Of a DNA stretch of 64,000 nucleotides, positions 61,001 through 64,000 are shown in pieces. The stretch covers positions 4,158,739-4,222,738 of the forward strand of contig MU058009.1 in assembly GCA_013265495.1 (NCBI GenBank). Reading direction: 5' to 3'. The DNA is from Vicugna vicugna (taxonomy: Eukaryota). Made by a program: the position numbers and the translations under genes. Below the pieces are notes generated by a model. The model was not told the origin of the DNA. It searched no databases and saw nothing but the letters and a program-made list of their open reading frames with translations. The first letter of the stretch is position 1, and every line of letters starts with the position of its first letter.

Positions 61001-62265
61001 CCCGTCTTCCCACCAGCGGCCCCGCCCTCCTGTCCATCGTCTCTCTCTGAGGGGCCTCAACTGACAATCGTGCCGATAGTTTTCATACATAATGACTTAA
61101 GTGCATCGCTTTTCTGCAAACACGGGTGTGTGCGCCTTCAGCTCCTCTGCTCCTAGCCTTTTGTGCCTGGTAAATACACTCCTCTGACGTGTGTTTAGGA
61201 CGATGGCTCCGTTCTGTGCGTGCACCATTAGTGCCAATTGCACCCAGCAGAAACACAAATTACCTGCGTTCCGCAGACATAGCTAACAACCTAGACCCCA
61301 CGGGCTGGCGTTCACCGCAGCCTCCGCGTCTGTCCGCGAGGCTGAGGGGGGCACCTGGGCTGCCTGGCCACGTGCAACGTGGGTGAGGTGCCCTGCGTGC
61401 CCAGAGCCCGCTGGGGGAGCTGTGCGTGCAGCGCTGGGGGTGCGCGCCCTGTGTGGGGCCTCTCTGGGGACCCCGCCAAGGCTGAGAATTCCTATGAGAA
61501 GGAGCCCCTGCAGGAAGGGGCGTGGGGATGAGGTCGCGGAAAGGGCAGCCCTAGGAGAGGCCTGCCTCCTGGAGTCAGGACCGGGGGAGAGGCCGTGTGG
61601 GTCCCCAGGTGTGTTACGGTTTTATTTGGGCAACGCTGTCCTCAGCAAATCAGCCTCCCCTGGGGCCGCTCAAGTCCACTCTGCAAGGTTTTCACAGGAG
61701 GAAACACTGTAACAAAGAACCTGGCTTCTCCAACGCCCCCTACCGTCAGACTGCAGGAATGCGTTAAGGGAGCCTGAAGATGTGCCTCAGCTGCCCAGGG
61801 AGACGTGAGGGACCCCTCTGTCCCTGGGCTCGGGCCTCTGCCCCCACCCCAGCCACCAGGAGCAGACGTCAGTGTGTCAGCAGTGCAGCCTCGAAAGGGG
61901 CGGGGACGCGGGAGACCCGGGGCGTCCCGAGCAGACCAAGCCCTTCCCACGCCGCGCCTCCTGACTCAGCCCCAGGGGCCCCTTAGTTGTTTCTGTAAAG
62001 ACACTGAATCTTACCCTGCGCGGACTTCCTCCAGGTGTGGGGGTGTCCCGGTGCCGCTCAGAACTGGATTCTTGAAGCCTTGTGACGCGCGCGCACACAC
62101 ACACTCGCCCACCCACACTCACTCACCCAACAGGAAACAAAAAGGAACCGTGAGAATGGGGAAATCTCTGTCTTCTCCTTTCTCTCCATTAAAAAACCAC
62201 ATCCCTCCGGCCTCCCTCCCCCACCTTCCCATACGGCTTTGCTGTCTCTCTCCTGCGCCCCCGCC

Positions 62266-62561
62266 TCTCCGCCCTGACTCCCCGACTTCTCCACCCTGAC
62301 CCCCCAACTTCTCCACCCTGCCTCCCCCCCCCCTTCCCCCTGCCTCCCCCACTTCTCCACCCTGCCTCCCCCCACCCCCCCNNNNNNNNNNNNNNNNNNN
62401 NNNNNNNNNNNNNNNNTCCTGACTCCCCCACCTCTCCACCCTGACTCCCCGACTTCTCCATCCTGACTCCCCCACCTCTCCATCCTGACTCCCCAACTTC
62501 TCCACCCTGACTCCCCCACCTCTCCATCCTGACTCCCCGACTTCTGCACCCTGACTCCCCC
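62266..62561. repeat. C-rich 22-bp minisatellite with internal assembly gap (N at 62382-62416)
   Basis: Unit TCTCCA(C/T)CCTGACTCCCC(G/C/A)AC(T/C), 22-bp period. Confidence 0.95.
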
Positions 62562-63384
62562 TTGGCTTCTCTCTGTCTCTTTTCTCTCATTTGCAGTGAG
62601 GGTGCAAGGCACTGGAGGGTCAGCACCGTATATCACTGGGGGATCAGCGTGAGGGCCACTTTGACAAGGAAGCTGTCATCAAGTTTTACAGCTTCATATC
62701 AAATGCAGTGTCCATGGCAAGGACAGAGAGGGACTGGAAGGGCACGGGGTGGTTTGGGGAGAAGGGTGGACAGAAGACGGCTCTATGGTGGGGAGGGGGC
62801 ACACCTAGGTGCTTCCACACAGATGTGTCCACTATCCCTCCCAGACGAGGCATGTCCCCAGAAACTCACGGGGAGACCTACCCGTCTATAAAAGCCCCAG
62901 TGATGGACTGTCCATCTGTGTGGCCCACCACACAGGGCCCCGGAGAATGCTGATCAGAGCCGTTCCAGGGCAGGGGAGCCGAGGACAGGACTGTGGAGGT
63001 GACCTGTGGCCCTTTCTCCTTGAGACGTGGTGGTAGGGACCTCTCCCACCCCTGGTGCTTCCATAAACAGTGCTGGATGCACGTCCAGGATGCCCATCAG
63101 CAGGGGCCTGCCCACCCGCCAGGGGACCAGCTGGCGGGAACCACCACTGAGGCTCAGCAGAGAGGCGTTGATGGGGTGCGTGGACAAGCGAGGCCAGCCC
63201 AGCGAGTCCTCGGGGGCCACACGTGACATCGTTTCCTAGGCTGACCCTCCTGCAGGCAGGACCATTCCTTGTTCTCGGGCCCTGCCCTCCCCAACTCCTG
63301 GCCAGAGACCAGCAGACAGCGCCCCACCTCGCTGTCCAGCCCGGGTCTCCAGGAGAGAGGCCACCAGAGGTGCAGGCCCCGCTC

Positions 63385-63447
63385 TGTAATTTATTAACTG
63401 TGTGACCTTGGGTGATTAATTGGCTTCAGTTTCCTTGCGTGTGAAGT
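63385..63447 (+). mobile_element. MIR SINE core fragment
   Basis: TTAACTGTGTGACCTTGGGTGATTAATTGGCTTCAGTTTCCTTGCGTGTGAAGTGG. Confidence 0.7.
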
Positions 63448-64000
63448 GGAAACATTGCTGACCTTGGCCTTGCAGGGCGGCTGGCAGGAGGAGAGGGCGC
63501 AGGGGGCTCAGCGCAGTTCCGGGTGCCACTGGCAGCCAGGACGCATTTGCTGTTCTTGCTCCTGTACCCACCCCTTCCTCTTCTTCCTCCCCGACTCCCC
63601 ACGCCGGGTGAGCCCCTCCACTCGGCCAGCCAGCAGCCCTGCAGGGCTGGGCTGCTGGGCGGCCTTACAGATGCTCTCGCGTCTCCCCAGCCTGCTCCCC
63701 CGCGGGCAGCGACGTCTCAGTCTCTTGGGACGTAGACCTGAGCACGTCACTGTCCTGTTTGAACCTGCACGTTAGACTTCAGATTCCTTAGGGTCACGGG
63801 CGGGGAAGGCCCTTCATGGAGGTGCCCTTGCTCACCGTGCGGGTTTTTCACACATCTGATTCCCACCTAACTCCGGCTCCTCTCGTAACGGTTCTCAGCT
63901 TTAGTCACCAGGAATATCTGCAGATCTCATTTAGAATATTGGGTTGGGGGGGTCTATTTATAAAACGCAGTTTTTTTTTTAATTCCACAAGTGTGTGATG

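Noticed and set aside
1..64000. Hundreds of 60-215 aa ORFs in the six-frame track
   Set aside because: They are Pro/Gly/Arg/Ser-rich, overlap in all frames, often use non-ATG starts and show no recognisable domains. This is expected in GC-rich mammalian non-coding DNA; only the L1 ORF2 remnants are real homologies.
1..64000. Prokaryotic-type systems (CRISPR, operons, defence islands, IS elements)
   Set aside because: The sequence is mammalian, and I see no repeat-spacer array or gene-dense architecture.
1..64000. Frequent CACGTG E-boxes (roughly 30 by eye, not computed)
   Set aside because: They are dispersed, often lie inside old repeats, and are best explained by regional CpG retention or gain rather than a regulatory array.

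Overview
Mammalian genomic DNA, not prokaryotic. It is most likely camelid (alpaca/camel lineage), judged from two tRNA-derived Vic-1-type SINEs and cetartiodactyl-type L1 3' ends. The window is GC- and CpG-rich and looks intronic or intergenic. I cannot support any protein-coding gene, RNA gene or CRISPR array. The six-frame ORFs are GC-rich noise, apart from decayed L1 ORF2 remnants. The window holds L1, L2, MIR, MaLR/ERVL LTR and hAT relics, micro- and minisatellites, two assembly gaps, and repeat-free AT-rich islands dense in homeodomain/POU/RFX motifs that resemble developmental enhancers. Best leads: (1) two ungapped 98-bp paralogous elements 11.6 kb apart (73/98 identical) with conserved motif blocks at fixed spacing; (2) a 2.3-kb TG...CA LTR retroelement with a perfect 5-bp TSD but two unrelated LTRs (MLT2-type and MLT1-type); (3) a structured, MER135-like ancient element; (4) a ~315-bp tandem duplication abutting an L1 insertion, which may be an assembly artefact. 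Repeat family names come from recalled consensus sequences, not a database search, and boundaries of old repeats are approximate. I could not identify the host gene.
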